A DNA stretch of 24,000 nucleotides from Clostridiales bacterium (GCA_019417465.1 DXVF01000015.1:1-24000); one strand, 5' to 3'. Shown: positions 1 to 9,185, counted from the stretch's first letter. Notes: generated by a model not told the origin, from the letters alone. Made by a program: numbers and translations.

Positions 1-8
1 AGTATAAT

Positions 9-188
9 ATGAAAAACCTTACAAATGAAAGTAAAAAACAATACACATACTACTGTGACAACTGTGGAAAACAAATAAGTTTTAAGGATAAAACACTAAA
101 TAAGATTTATGTAGAGAAAGAATATAATAAAAGAAAGCATGTGTGTGATTTGTGTGATGAGTGTTATGAAAGAAAGTTAAAAGGTTAG
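9..188 (+). CDS. Small Cys-rich zinc-finger-like protein (59 aa)
   Basis: ATG..TAG read directly: MKNLTNESKKQYTYYCDNCGKQISFKDKTLNKIYVEKEYNKRKHVCDLCDECYERKLKG; CxxC pairs; not in supplied ORF track. Confidence 0.6.
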   Translation: MKNLTNESKKQYTYYCDNCGKQISFKDKTLNKIYVEKEYNKRKHVCDLCDECYERKLKG

Positions 189-197
189 GAGGAACAA

Positions 198-686
198 ATG
201 AATATAGAAAAAGCTTTAAAAGACTATAGAAAAAATAAAGGAAAAATAGAAACATCAGAAGAAAGATGCAACTACTGGCAATATTGTCTTGATACAATGT
301 CAGATGATGAAATAGCATCAGAATTTATATACGAAAAATCAGATACATACGGTATGCCAAAAGCCAGAAACAATGAAAGTATAGTTGAAAAAGAAGTAAT
401 TATTCATGAAGTAACAAGAGAAATGGTGAAACAATGGATTACAGATGATAAATCAAGAATTAGACCATTAAAACACGAAATAAAGCAAATAGAAATAGCA
501 CTAGGTTCTTTAACAGAAGAAGAAAACTATGTTATAGAATGCAAATGTATAGATAACTGGAAGTGGGTACAAGTAGAAATAGGATTTAATGAAAAGTTTA
601 GAAATGAAAAAGAAATTACAATAGAACAATTAAAGAAAATTAAAAAGAAATCAGTTAGAAAAATGGAAGAAATACTAAATATTTAA
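198..686 (+). CDS. ArpU/sigma-70 region 4-like late transcription regulator
   Basis: Position upstream of the packaging module and C-terminal motif LTEEENYVIECKCIDNWKWVQVEIGFNEKF..TIEQLKKIKKKSVRKMEEIL. Confidence 0.6.
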   Translation: MNIEKALKDYRKNKGKIETSEERCNYWQYCLDTMSDDEIASEFIYEKSDTYGMPKARNNESIVEKEVIIHEVTREMVKQWITDDKSRIRPLKHEIKQIEIALGSLTEEENYVIECKCIDNWKWVQVEIGFNEKFRNEKEITIEQLKKIKKKSVRKMEEILNI

Positions 687-827
687 AAAGTACCTAAAAA
701 TTACATGAAAATTACCTAAAAAGTAACTGTTTTTTTAAAAACAATGTGGTAATATATTAGTATAAATTAGTATCTAAGATAGATACTACAAATATAAACT
801 TTTTTAAGAGAAAAATATACGTTGCAC

Positions 828-861
828 AAAGAGTTAGTTATATAAGTATAGCTAGCTCTTT
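828..861 (+). terminator. Rho-independent terminator-like hairpin
   Basis: AAAGAGTTAG ... CTAGCTCTTT 10-bp stem (one G:U) followed by TTTAG. Confidence 0.6.
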
Positions 862-876
862 TTAGTGTAAAGAAAA

Positions 877-895
877 GCCCTCAATAAGAGAGGGC
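877..895 (-). terminator. Terminator of the minus-strand small peptide gene
   Basis: GCCCTC-TCTTATT-GAGGGC then TTTTC on the minus strand. Confidence 0.6.
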
Positions 896-908
896 AAATT
901 GAGTGAGA

Positions 909-1001
909 CTAAAAACAAAGTAAAATAAATGCTGTTACAGGTATAATAAGAATCATTCCTGTAGCAACTAAAGCAACAACGAGTTTGTCAAAGTCATCCA
1001 T
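909..1001 (-). CDS. 30-aa single-transmembrane hydrophobic peptide
   Basis: Minus strand AAGGAG SD then MDDFDKLVVALVATGMILIIPVTAFILLCF*; own terminator just downstream. Confidence 0.55.
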   Translation of the reverse strand: MDDFDKLVVALVATGMILIIPVTAFILLCF

Positions 1002-1111
1002 TATTTTCACTCCTTAAAGTTTAATATAATTTAATTATAATACAATTAAAACTTGAAGTGAAGTGGAAAAATAAGACAATTCTAGTTAAGTGTTAGATTT
1101 ATAAATAGTAT

Positions 1112-1181
1112 AAAAGAACATATGCCGAATATTATAAAGCCTGATGCAAGGTATTATTACGGTACTTATATATGTTCTTTT
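1112..1181 (+). ncRNA. Long structured hairpin upstream of a small ORF (leader/attenuator-like)
   Basis: Perfect 12-bp outer stem AAAAGAACATAT/ATATGTTCTTTT plus inner CCT-GATGCA-AGG; T-rich tail. Confidence 0.45.
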
Positions 1182-1222
1182 TTAGTGTTTATAAAATAAA
1201 AAGAAAAGAGGGAAATAAAAAT

Positions 1223-1357
1223 ATGGAAAAAGAAAAAATATTAGCAGAAATAATCTGTAAAGAAATGATAGAAAGAAAGCTAACATTAAAAGACTTAATG
1301 TTAGCTTTTAAAATAGTGATTAATAAATTTTACAATGATGCAAAAATCAATTATTAA
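1223..1357 (+). CDS. Small phage protein, unknown function
   Basis: GAGGGAAATAAAAAT SD region then ATG; MEKEKILAEIICKEMIERKLTLKDLMLAFKIVINKFYNDAKINY. Confidence 0.5.
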   Translation: MEKEKILAEIICKEMIERKLTLKDLMLAFKIVINKFYNDAKINY

Positions 1358-1384
1358 TCATGATGATAAAAAGGAGTTGATACT

Positions 1385-1513
1385 ATGTACACAACACAAG
1401 AATTAATAAAAGAACATGTACAAGAGAAATGTAGATATTGTACAAGAAAAGAATGTGATGGAATACATGTAACAGTAGACGGAAAGACTAAGTGTGAGAA
1501 AGATGAAGATTAA
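1385..1513 (+). CDS. Small Cys-rich protein (42 aa)
   Basis: AGGAG SD; MYTTQELIKEHVQEKCRYCTRKECDGIHVTVDGKTKCEKDED; not in supplied track. Confidence 0.5.
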   Translation: MYTTQELIKEHVQEKCRYCTRKECDGIHVTVDGKTKCEKDED

Positions 1514-1588
1514 TTACAAAGAATGCATGAAAAGAAAATGTGAGCAATGTAAGTATTATAAGAAGTGTTTTAAAAAGGAGAGAAAACA

Positions 1589-1939
1589 ATGTTTAAATTT
1601 AAATGTAATAACACAGAGTGGACAATTAAAGAAGTAGATGAAGCTACAATGAATAATGAGGAAAAAAATGATTATACATTAGGATTAACTTTTTATAAAA
1701 AGAATGAAATATGGTTATTAAATGATAATGCTAATATAATAAGAACTTTAAAACATGAATTAATGCACGTTTGGTTATGGGAATATGGACATAGCCAAGA
1801 CGATGATAGAAGATACAGTTATGAAGAGGTATGTGAAATAGTAGCAAGTAGCAATGATTTTATAAATGGGGTAATTAGTGAGTATCGAAACACAGGAGAT
1901 GAGCTAATAGAAAAATTAAAAAGACTAACACAATGTTAG
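1589..1939 (+). CDS. Zincin-like metallopeptidase-type protein (HELMH motif)
   Basis: Motif LKHELMHVWLWEYGH typical of HExxH zincins; AGGAG SD. Confidence 0.55.
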   Translation: MFKFKCNNTEWTIKEVDEATMNNEEKNDYTLGLTFYKKNEIWLLNDNANIIRTLKHELMHVWLWEYGHSQDDDRRYSYEEVCEIVASSNDFINGVISEYRNTGDELIEKLKRLTQC

Positions 1940-1940
1940 T

Positions 1941-2093
1941 CTAGTAAGAATAAAGAATATCTTCAATAACATCAGATACAGGTAAAACATCATCTGTATC
2001 TGATTTAACATAAAAGAAAAAATGATTATCTTTAGTTCTATAAACAGAAACAGTTATTGTACCGCATTTTTTAGCAATTATTTCATTATACAC
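1941..2093 (-). CDS. Small protein of unknown function (50 aa, GTG start)
   Basis: Minus-strand GGAGG SD; MYNEIIAKKCGTITVSVYRTKDNHFFFYVKSDTDDVLPVSDVIEDILYSY. Confidence 0.5.
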   Translation of the reverse strand: MYNEIIAKKCGTITVSVYRTKDNHFFFYVKSDTDDVLPVSDVIEDILYSY

Positions 2094-2181
2094 TATTAAA
2101 CCTCCTTTTCTTTTGTAATGTTACAAAGTATAACATGGTTAAAGTGAAAAATGTGTCAGAATGTGTAGGAGAAATAAAAAA

Positions 2182-2451
2182 ATGAATATTAATCAAAATA
2201 TAAATAAATTGTTATATGCAATAAGGGATAAAGGAATAGATATAAAAATAGATACAATTCAATTTTATTCAGATAAATTAGAAAAATATTGTAATAAATA
2301 TGTTGTATATATAAAAGAATTAACTACAAACAGAAAAGGTGAAGAAGTCTTGAAATATGTTTATCAAGATGATTTCTTTAGTAAAGTACAACTATTAAAA
2401 TATTTAATAGAAAAATATAAACAGATAGGAAGTGAGGCAGATGGAAAATGA
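2182..2451 (+). CDS. Small phage protein, unknown function
   Basis: ORF with SD GGAG upstream, overlaps terS start. Confidence 0.5.
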   Translation: MNINQNINKLLYAIRDKGIDIKIDTIQFYSDKLEKYCNKYVVYIKELTTNRKGEEVLKYVYQDDFFSKVQLLKYLIEKYKQIGSEADGK

Positions 2452-2860
2452 AGACTTAAAAAATAAATATGAAGCCTTAACAGAAAAACAGAAAAGATTT
2501 ATAGATTATTACATAGAAACAGGAAACGCAAGTAAAGCTTCTGAAATGGCAGGATATAAAGGAAAAAACTTAAATACAGTTGGAGCACAAAACTTAGCAA
2601 AACTTAGCAAATTTATAAAAGTTAAGCTAGAAGAAAAAGAAAGTAAGAGAATAGCCACACAAGACGAAGTTTTAGAATATCTAACAAGAGTAATGCGAGG
2701 AGAAGAAAAAGACAGTTTTGGACTAGATGCTTCACTTCAAGATAGAACGAAATGTGCTGAGTTGTTAGGAAAACGATATGGAACATTTGTCGAGAAAAAA
2801 GAAATAAATGGATGTAAAGTTGAAATAATTAACAATATAAAAGATGATGAAGATGATTAA
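2432..2860 (+). CDS. terS: Terminase small subunit
   Basis: TEKQKRFIDYYIETGNASKASEMAGY...VGAQNLAK, Terminase_2-like; immediately upstream of terL. Confidence 0.85.
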   Translation: MRQMENEDLKNKYEALTEKQKRFIDYYIETGNASKASEMAGYKGKNLNTVGAQNLAKLSKFIKVKLEEKESKRIATQDEVLEYLTRVMRGEEKDSFGLDASLQDRTKCAELLGKRYGTFVEKKEINGCKVEIINNIKDDEDD

Positions 2861-4177
2861 TATAGAAAGAATAAATTTACAAGATGTAATTGGAAAAGGT
2901 TATAATAAGTTCTGGAATTTTAAAGGTGATGAAGTAATTATTATGGGGTCCAAAGGTTCAAAAAAATCTAAAACAATAGCTTTACGTTGGATGTATTTAT
3001 TGAAAGTATTTCCTAGAGCATGTTTACTTGCAATGCGTAATACAGGAAACACAATGAAAGATAGTGTATATGCAGATTTAAAATGGGCAAGTAAGAGATT
3101 GAAGTTAGATTCTGAATGGGACTTTTCAAAAAGTAAAATAGAAGCAACTAATAATCAAACAGGGCAAAAGATTTTTTTTAGAGGACTTGATGATTGGGAA
3201 AAAGTTGCATCAATTACAATAGATGATCCACAATTGGTTTTATGTTGGTCGTGGTTTGAAGAAGCGTATGAAATAGATAAAGAAGAAACTTATAGAAATA
3301 TAAAATTAAGCATAAGAGGAGAGCTACCAAATGGTTATTTTAATCAATCGGTAGCTTCTTTTAACCCTTGGAATGAACAACATTTTATAGTAAAAAAAGT
3401 TACAAGCAAAATAACTCCTAATGAACAAATTTTAACACAAAAAGGAAAACAGCAATTAGTGGTAGAAGATGAACAAGAATTTGAATATAAAGGACAAATG
3501 ACAAAAGAAAAAGTTACTCAATTATTAATGATAACTAATTACAAATTAAATGAATTTTTAGACAAGAAAGATTATGCAAGATATGAACAAATGAAAAATA
3601 CAGATTATGAAAATTATAAGACAGCTGGATTAGGAATGCCACGGAGTAAGTAAAGGGCTTATATTTAGAAATTGGCGAATTGAAGATACAAGCAAATATA
3701 AAAATACATTCGAATTAATTAGAAGAGGTTTGGATTTTGGTTATAGTTCAGACCCTTCTGCTTTCTTACAGTTTAATGTTAATTTAAAAACAAAACAAAT
3801 TATAGTATTCGATGAATTTGGAGCAACAGAACTAACAAATGAAATGCTTGCAAATGAATTGAAAAGAAGAACAGAACCGTATTCATTAATAAAAGCAGAT
3901 GCTGCAGAACCTAAAAGTATTGCAGAATTAAATAATCTAGGAGTAAATGCAATACCAGCACAAAAAGGACCTGATAGTGTGTTACACGGCATTAAATGGC
4001 TAAAAGGATTTGAAATAATAGTGGATCCAAAATGTAAAGGATTAATAGAAGAATTAGGATTATATAGGTGGAAAGTAGATAAATTAGATAATCCATTAAA
4101 TATACCAGAAGATAAAAACAATCACTATATAGATGCTCTTCGTTACCGGAAGTGATGATTTATATCTAAGAAATTAG
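2844..4177 (+). CDS. terL: Terminase large subunit, one 443-aa product if two +1 shifts at CGG are made
   Basis: Walker-like GSKGSKKSKT, nuclease motif RRGLDFGYSSDPSAF, end NNHYIDALRY. Frame changes at CGG 3642-3644 and CGG 4147-4149. Confidence 0.85.
3642..3644 (+). other. +1 recoding site 1 (terL): CCA CGG A -> C GGA
   Basis: Frame 0 gives CGG AGT AAG TAA; +1 frame gives GVSKGLIFRNWRIEDTSKYKNTFELIRRGLDFGYSSDPSAF. Confidence 0.85.
4147..4149 (+). other. +1 recoding site 2 (terL): TAC CGG A -> C GGA
   Basis: Frame 0 gives CGG AAG TGA; +1 frame gives GSDDLYLRN* after NNHYIDALRY. Confidence 0.65.
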
Positions 4178-4188
4178 GAGGAAACACA

Positions 4189-5697
4189 ATGGCAATACAA
4201 AGTGAAATAATAAAACCATTAATAAGTGAGTTTAATATGTCTAGCATAAAAAAGAAAATGCTCGAAGGCGAAAGATATTTTAGAGATAAAAACGATATAT
4301 TAAAAAAAGATATGAAAACATATACAGTATTTGACCAAAAGACAGGAAACAGAAAGAAAATAACAAATGAGAATAAGTCAGATGAACATATACCTCATGG
4401 ATTCTATTGGAAACATGTAAATCAAAAGAAAATATATGTATGTGGAAAATCTATAACAATTACATATAACATTCCTGTTGATGGAGATAAAGATAATAAT
4501 ACTAAAACTGCAGAAAAGAAAATAACTAATATGGTATGGAATGTTCTGGGATTTAATTTCGAAAAATTAATTAAAAATAGATTAAAAGAAGCAAGTAACA
4601 AAGGTAGAGCTTGGCTACATCCTAATTATAGAAATGGAAAATTAGTGTTTGAAAAGTATCCGAGTGAAGAATGCATACCAATATATGACAATGAGACACA
4701 AACATATTTAATTGGATTTATACATTTTTATACAATACAGGACCTAACAGGAGATAAACCAGAAAGCAGAATATATGTTGAATATTGGGATGAGAAAGAA
4801 GTTAGATATTATATTGAAACTAAAACCGATGATAATACAACAGTATTCTTAGAAGATGTCACAAGACCAAGACCAGAATGTCATTGGTACAGAGAAATAT
4901 ACGATAATGCATTAAATAATTTAAAGGAAACAGAAAAACATAGTTGGGGCAAAGTTCCTTTTATAGAAATAGAAAACAATGAAGAAAAAATGACAGACTT
5001 AGAACCTATAAAACCATTAATAGATGCTTATGATTTAATTAATAGTAATTTTGTTAACACAGTAGAAGATTTAAAAGAAATTATCTGGCTTATAAATGGT
5101 TATGGAGCAGAAGATTTACTTTCATTAATAGAAAATTTAAAAGTAAATGGAGTAGCAAGAACAAATGATATGGCTGGAAAAATAGATGCTAAATTATTAT
5201 CAATACCATATGAAGCAAGACAAGCATTATTAAAAGGTTTAAAAGAACTTATTTATGAGTTTGGTAGAGCAGTAGATACAAGTAATAAAGATTTAATAGG
5301 GCAAGCTCCAAGTGGCGTATCATTAGAGTTTTTATACACTGACTTAGATATGAAAGCAGATGACAGTATAGGAGGACTTACAAGTGCTATTTATGAAATG
5401 TTATGGTATGTATTACAAGATTTAAAAATGCAAGGTAAAATACCTAAAGAAATAAATGAATTTGATTTTAAAATAGAATTTAATAAGTCAAGAATATTTA
5501 ATGAAACAGAAAAAGTAAACACTTTAAATAACGATACTATACTCAGTACAAAGACTAAGTTAGAAAAACATCCTTATTGTGATGATGTTGACACAGAATT
5601 ACAAAGAATACAAGATGAACAAAAACAAAAATTAAAAATGCAACAAGAAATGTTTGCTAATGCTGGAGGATTTGGACCTCATACTAATAATGAATAG
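4189..5697 (+). CDS. Portal protein (SPP1 gp6-like)
   Basis: 502 aa, position, motifs GKVPFIEIENNEEKMTDLEPIKPLIDAYD..., SGVSLEFLYTDLDMKAD. Confidence 0.85.
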   Translation: MAIQSEIIKPLISEFNMSSIKKKMLEGERYFRDKNDILKKDMKTYTVFDQKTGNRKKITNENKSDEHIPHGFYWKHVNQKKIYVCGKSITITYNIPVDGDKDNNTKTAEKKITNMVWNVLGFNFEKLIKNRLKEASNKGRAWLHPNYRNGKLVFEKYPSEECIPIYDNETQTYLIGFIHFYTIQDLTGDKPESRIYVEYWDEKEVRYYIETKTDDNTTVFLEDVTRPRPECHWYREIYDNALNNLKETEKHSWGKVPFIEIENNEEKMTDLEPIKPLIDAYDLINSNFVNTVEDLKEIIWLINGYGAEDLLSLIENLKVNGVARTNDMAGKIDAKLLSIPYEARQALLKGLKELIYEFGRAVDTSNKDLIGQAPSGVSLEFLYTDLDMKADDSIGGLTSAIYEMLWYVLQDLKMQGKIPKEINEFDFKIEFNKSRIFNETEKVNTLNNDTILSTKTKLEKHPYCDDVDTELQRIQDEQKQKLKMQQEMFANAGGFGPHTNNE

Positions 5698-5708
5698 AGG
5701 TGTTATAG

Positions 5709-7140
5709 ATGGCTAGAACACCAAAAGGATATTGGGAAAAAAGACAAACAGAACTAATGAAAAGGCTCGAAAAAGGAACAGAAAATACAATAAATAGCTT
5801 AATAGAAGCATATGAGCAAGCTACAAAAAATATAAATAAGGAAATATCAAGAATATTTAAAAATTATGCTAAAGATACTGGATTAGATAAAAAAACTTTA
5901 GTACAGCTATTAAGTAAAAAAGAAAGTGAATTACACTATAAAAATCTATTAGAAGTAATAAATAACAACATAACAGATGATAATATAAAAAAGAAACTCT
6001 TAGCTAAATATAATGCACCGGCATATTCTTATAGAATTAATCGATATCAAGCTTTACAAGAAAACATAGATATAGAATTAAAGAAATTAGCTAATATAGA
6101 GCAAGATATAACTAAAATAAGATATGTTGACACAATAAATGAAACATATTATAGAAATATATTTAATACACAGCAGAACTTAGGTTTTGCTTTTTCTTTT
6201 GCTCAAATAGATAACAGAACAATAAACTTATTACTGAATGAAAACTGGTTTAATAAAGCAAATTATTCTAAAAGAATATGGAATAATAGTGAAAAGCTAG
6301 GTAATTATTTAAAGACTCAATTAACAGCAGATACAATGTCAGGTAAATCAATACAAAAGATAAGTAAAGAATTATCTGAATATATGAATGTTGGTATATA
6401 TAATGCAACAACATTAGTAAGAACAGAAGTAAATCATTTTGCAAATGAAGCTGAAATGTTAAGCTATGAAGAATTAGGTGTTGAAAAATATAGATTTATA
6501 GCAACATTAGACAATGTAACCTGTGAACATTGCGGAAGTTTAGATAATAAAGTTTTTGATGTAAAAGATAGAAAACCTCGGAAAAAATTATCCACCAATA
6601 CATCCAAATGATAGATGTACAACAGTACCTGAACTTGATGATGAAGTTGTGAAAGGATTAACAAGAAGAGCAAGAGATGAAAACGGAAAATCTATATTAG
6701 TACCACAAGATATGAATTATAAAGAGTGGTATAAAAAATACGTTAAAGAACCACAAGAAGAAAACATAAAACCATACGTAGTTGGTAAAATAAATAAAGA
6801 TGCATATAAAGAAATAGCAAATAATATAACAACTAAAGATGTAGTACTATTACCAAAACAAATTGAGCATATAGAAGAAAGACACAAAGGTGTTTATGAA
6901 AAATATAAAAGCAAAATTAATAATATATTAAATGAACCAGATTATATATTTAAAGACCCAAAACATATAAATACGGCATTATTAATAAGGAAATATGAAA
7001 ATAATGTAGAAGTTGTTCTAAAGTTAAATACAGACACTAAAAACAACTACAAAAACAGTATTATTACTATGTGGGAAATAAAGGATAAAAGATTAGAAAG
7101 ATACAAAGAAACACACCAAATTATTTACAAAAAAGAATAA
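5709..7140 (+). CDS. Minor head protein (SPP1 gp7-like) with C-terminal nuclease/toxin-like domain; 476 aa if +1 shift is made
   Basis: Across the junction: TCEHCGSLDNKVFDVKDRKP-GKNYPPIHPNDRCTTVPELDDEVVKGLTRRARDENG; typical YPPxHPxxRC motif reconstituted only in the +1 frame. Confidence 0.85.
6579..6581 (+). other. +1 recoding site 3 (minor head): CCT CGG A -> C GGA
   Basis: Frame 0 ends ...RKKLSTNTSK*; +1 restores GKNYPPIHPNDRCTTVP. Confidence 0.9.
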
Positions 7141-7142
7141 AA

Positions 7143-7252
7143 ATGGTACAATATAAGTACAATAAGAAAGGTATGTTGAGGTGGACAATGGCATCCACGC
7201 ACCCTATGGGTCAAAAGAGATGAAAGTACCGCCAGACTTTCCAATGTACCAT
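7143..7252 (+). ncRNA. Putative structured non-coding RNA in the head operon
   Basis: Closing 8-bp stem ATGGTACA (7143-7150)/TGTACCAT (7245-7252); internal GTGGA/TCCAC and ACCC-TAT-GGGT hairpins. Confidence 0.5.
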
Positions 7253-7256
7253 GATT

Positions 7257-7278
7257 AGCACTCACGTAAGTGGGTGCT
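7257..7278 (+). terminator. Terminator-like hairpin 1
   Basis: AGCACTCAC-GTAA-GTGGGTGCT followed by TTATTTAGTTATT. Confidence 0.6.
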
Positions 7279-7312
7279 TTATTTAGTTATTAAAATTTTA
7301 TAATTATAAATC

Positions 7313-7332
7313 AAGAGCTAGAGATAGCTCTT
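7313..7332 (+). terminator. Terminator-like hairpin 2
   Basis: AAGAGCTA-GAGA-TAGCTCTT followed by ATTTTTAT. Confidence 0.6.
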
Positions 7333-7344
7333 ATTTTTATGCCC

Positions 7345-7367
7345 TAGACATGGCTCTAAACTGTCTA
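7345..7367 (+). terminator. Terminator-like hairpin 3
   Basis: TAGACA...TGTCTA followed by TTTTTATTA. Confidence 0.4.
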
Positions 7368-7458
7368 TTTTTATTACTCATTTATCTGTGAGGATAAACA
7401 ATAGATAACTTTCGTTCTGGTAGCACCAGCATAATAAAGCTAGAAAGGATTAATTATG

Positions 7459-8049
7459 GAATGGTTAAAAGAATTATTAAAAAATGCAGGAGTAGAAAAT
7501 GTAGATGATTTAGAAAGTAAAATATCTAAAGAATTACCGAAATATTTTAAACCTGCAAGTGTTTTTAATGAGACAAATGAAAAATTAAAGAATGCAAATT
7601 CAGAAATTGAAACATTAAAAACAACACAAGCAAATATTCAAAAAGAATATGACAATTATAAAAAAGGCTCTATAAGTCAAGCTGATTATGAAACAAAGAA
7701 ACAAGAAATTGAAAACAATTCGAAAGCTGAAATAGAAAAAGTAAGACTAGAAAGCAAAATTGATTTAGCAATAAATAATGCTAAAGCTAAAAATGTTAAA
7801 TCAGTGAAGGCAAATCTTGATTTAGAAAAGATTAAACTAGATGGAGATAAACTTTTAGGATTTGACGACCAAATAGAAGCGTTAAAGAAAAGTGATGCAT
7901 ATCTATTTGAAATTGATAAAAAAGTAAATAAAGGTCTAGAAAATAATGGAGGAAATCCAAGAAAAGAAGATGGAAGTATAGACGATGATGATTTAGATGA
8001 TTTATCAGATGAAGAATACTTTGCTCTTCAAGAAAAAAATAATAAATAA
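7459..8049 (+). CDS. Phage scaffolding protein (GP20-like)
   Basis: MEWLKELLKNAGVENVDDLESKI.. coiled-coil, directly upstream of coat protein. Confidence 0.8.
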   Translation, partial: EWLKELLKNAGVENVDDLESKISKELPKYFKPASVFNETNEKLKNANSEIETLKTTQANIQKEYDNYKKGSISQADYETKKQEIENNSKAEIEKVRLESKIDLAINNAKAKNVKSVKANLDLEKIKLDGDKLLGFDDQIEALKKSDAYLFEIDKKVNKGLENNGGNPRKEDGSIDDDDLDDLSDEEYFALQEKNNK

Positions 8050-8066
8050 GAAAGAAGGAATTAATT

Positions 8067-9185
8067 ATGCCAAATAAATTATTAACATGTCAAAGAATAG
8101 CAAGAGAAGCATTACCAATGCTTGTAAACAACTTAGTAGTACCTGAGTTATTCCATACTGATTATAGTAAAGACTTTGTAAAAGAAGGAGACACAATTCA
8201 AGTTGAAAAACCATGTCAATTTGAAGCAAAAGATTTTAAAGATAAAGTAACAATTCAAGAAATTAATCAAAAAAGCGTTCCAGTAGTAATGAACCATATA
8301 GCAGATGTATCTGTAGAAATTACATCTAAAGAATTAACTTTAGATAGAGTTGCTTTTAATGAAAAAATATTAAATCCGATGATGGAAGCAATTGCTGAAA
8401 AAATAAATAAAGAAGGACTAGAAATGTACAAAAATGTTTATAAGACATTAGGTACAGCAGGGGCAACACCTTCTACAATAGAAATTATGGCAAATGCAAG
8501 AGGATTATTAAATAAGGCAAAATCTCCAATGGGAAATAGATATGCTGTATGGGATCCAGATGCAGATGTAAAATTCTCTACAATAGATGCAATTTTACAT
8601 GCAGAGAAATCTGGAAGCACACAAGCTTTAAGAGAAGGTTCTATTGGAAGAATCCAAGGATTAGAAAACTTTATGTCTCAACAAGTTGCAGTACATAAAG
8701 CAGGAACATTTACAGCTGTTACAACTCCAAAAGTAAATGCTAAAGCTATAGAAGGAAGTGAAACAATAGCTATAAAAGGTGGTTCTGCAAACGAAACATT
8801 AGTAAAAGGAGATATATTTGCAATAAATGGACAACAATATGTTGTTACAGAAGATGCTACAGCAGATACTGGTGTAATAACAGCAAAAGTATATCCAGCA
8901 GTTATTGAAGAAATTGCTACAGAAACAAATGTAACATTTATCGATAAAACTTCTGGAGGACACGTTGCTAACTTAGTATTCAATAAATTAGCATTCGCTT
9001 TTGTTTCAAGAGCATTAGCTTTACCAGTAGACGGTAGAGATTCTTATGTTATTTCTTATAAAGGATTAAACTTAAGAGTTGTTTATGGATACGATATGAG
9101 CACAAAGAAAAATATGCTATCTATTGATACTATATATGGATTTGCACCATTATATCCATCTTTAGCAGCAGTAGTACTAGGATAA
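8067..9185 (+). CDS. Major capsid protein, P22 coat-like
   Basis: ALPMLVNNLVVPELFHTDYSKDFVKEGDTIQVEKP..., position after scaffold. Confidence 0.8.
   Translation: MPNKLLTCQRIAREALPMLVNNLVVPELFHTDYSKDFVKEGDTIQVEKPCQFEAKDFKDKVTIQEINQKSVPVVMNHIADVSVEITSKELTLDRVAFNEKILNPMMEAIAEKINKEGLEMYKNVYKTLGTAGATPSTIEIMANARGLLNKAKSPMGNRYAVWDPDADVKFSTIDAILHAEKSGSTQALREGSIGRIQGLENFMSQQVAVHKAGTFTAVTTPKVNAKAIEGSETIAIKGGSANETLVKGDIFAINGQQYVVTEDATADTGVITAKVYPAVIEEIATETNVTFIDKTSGGHVANLVFNKLAFAFVSRALALPVDGRDSYVISYKGLNLRVVYGYDMSTKKNMLSIDTIYGFAPLYPSLAAVVLG

Noticed and set aside
82-318. ORF track call 82..318 (-)
   Set aside because: Antisense to the small zinc-finger ORF and to the late regulator; composition is Phe/Leu/Tyr rich as expected from antisense of A-rich coding DNA.
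7143-7252. tRNA or group I/II intron in the intergenic region
   Set aside because: No cloverleaf, T-arm/CCA or intron catalytic core signatures could be recognised; no tRNA with a CCG/NCCG anticodon found in the window.
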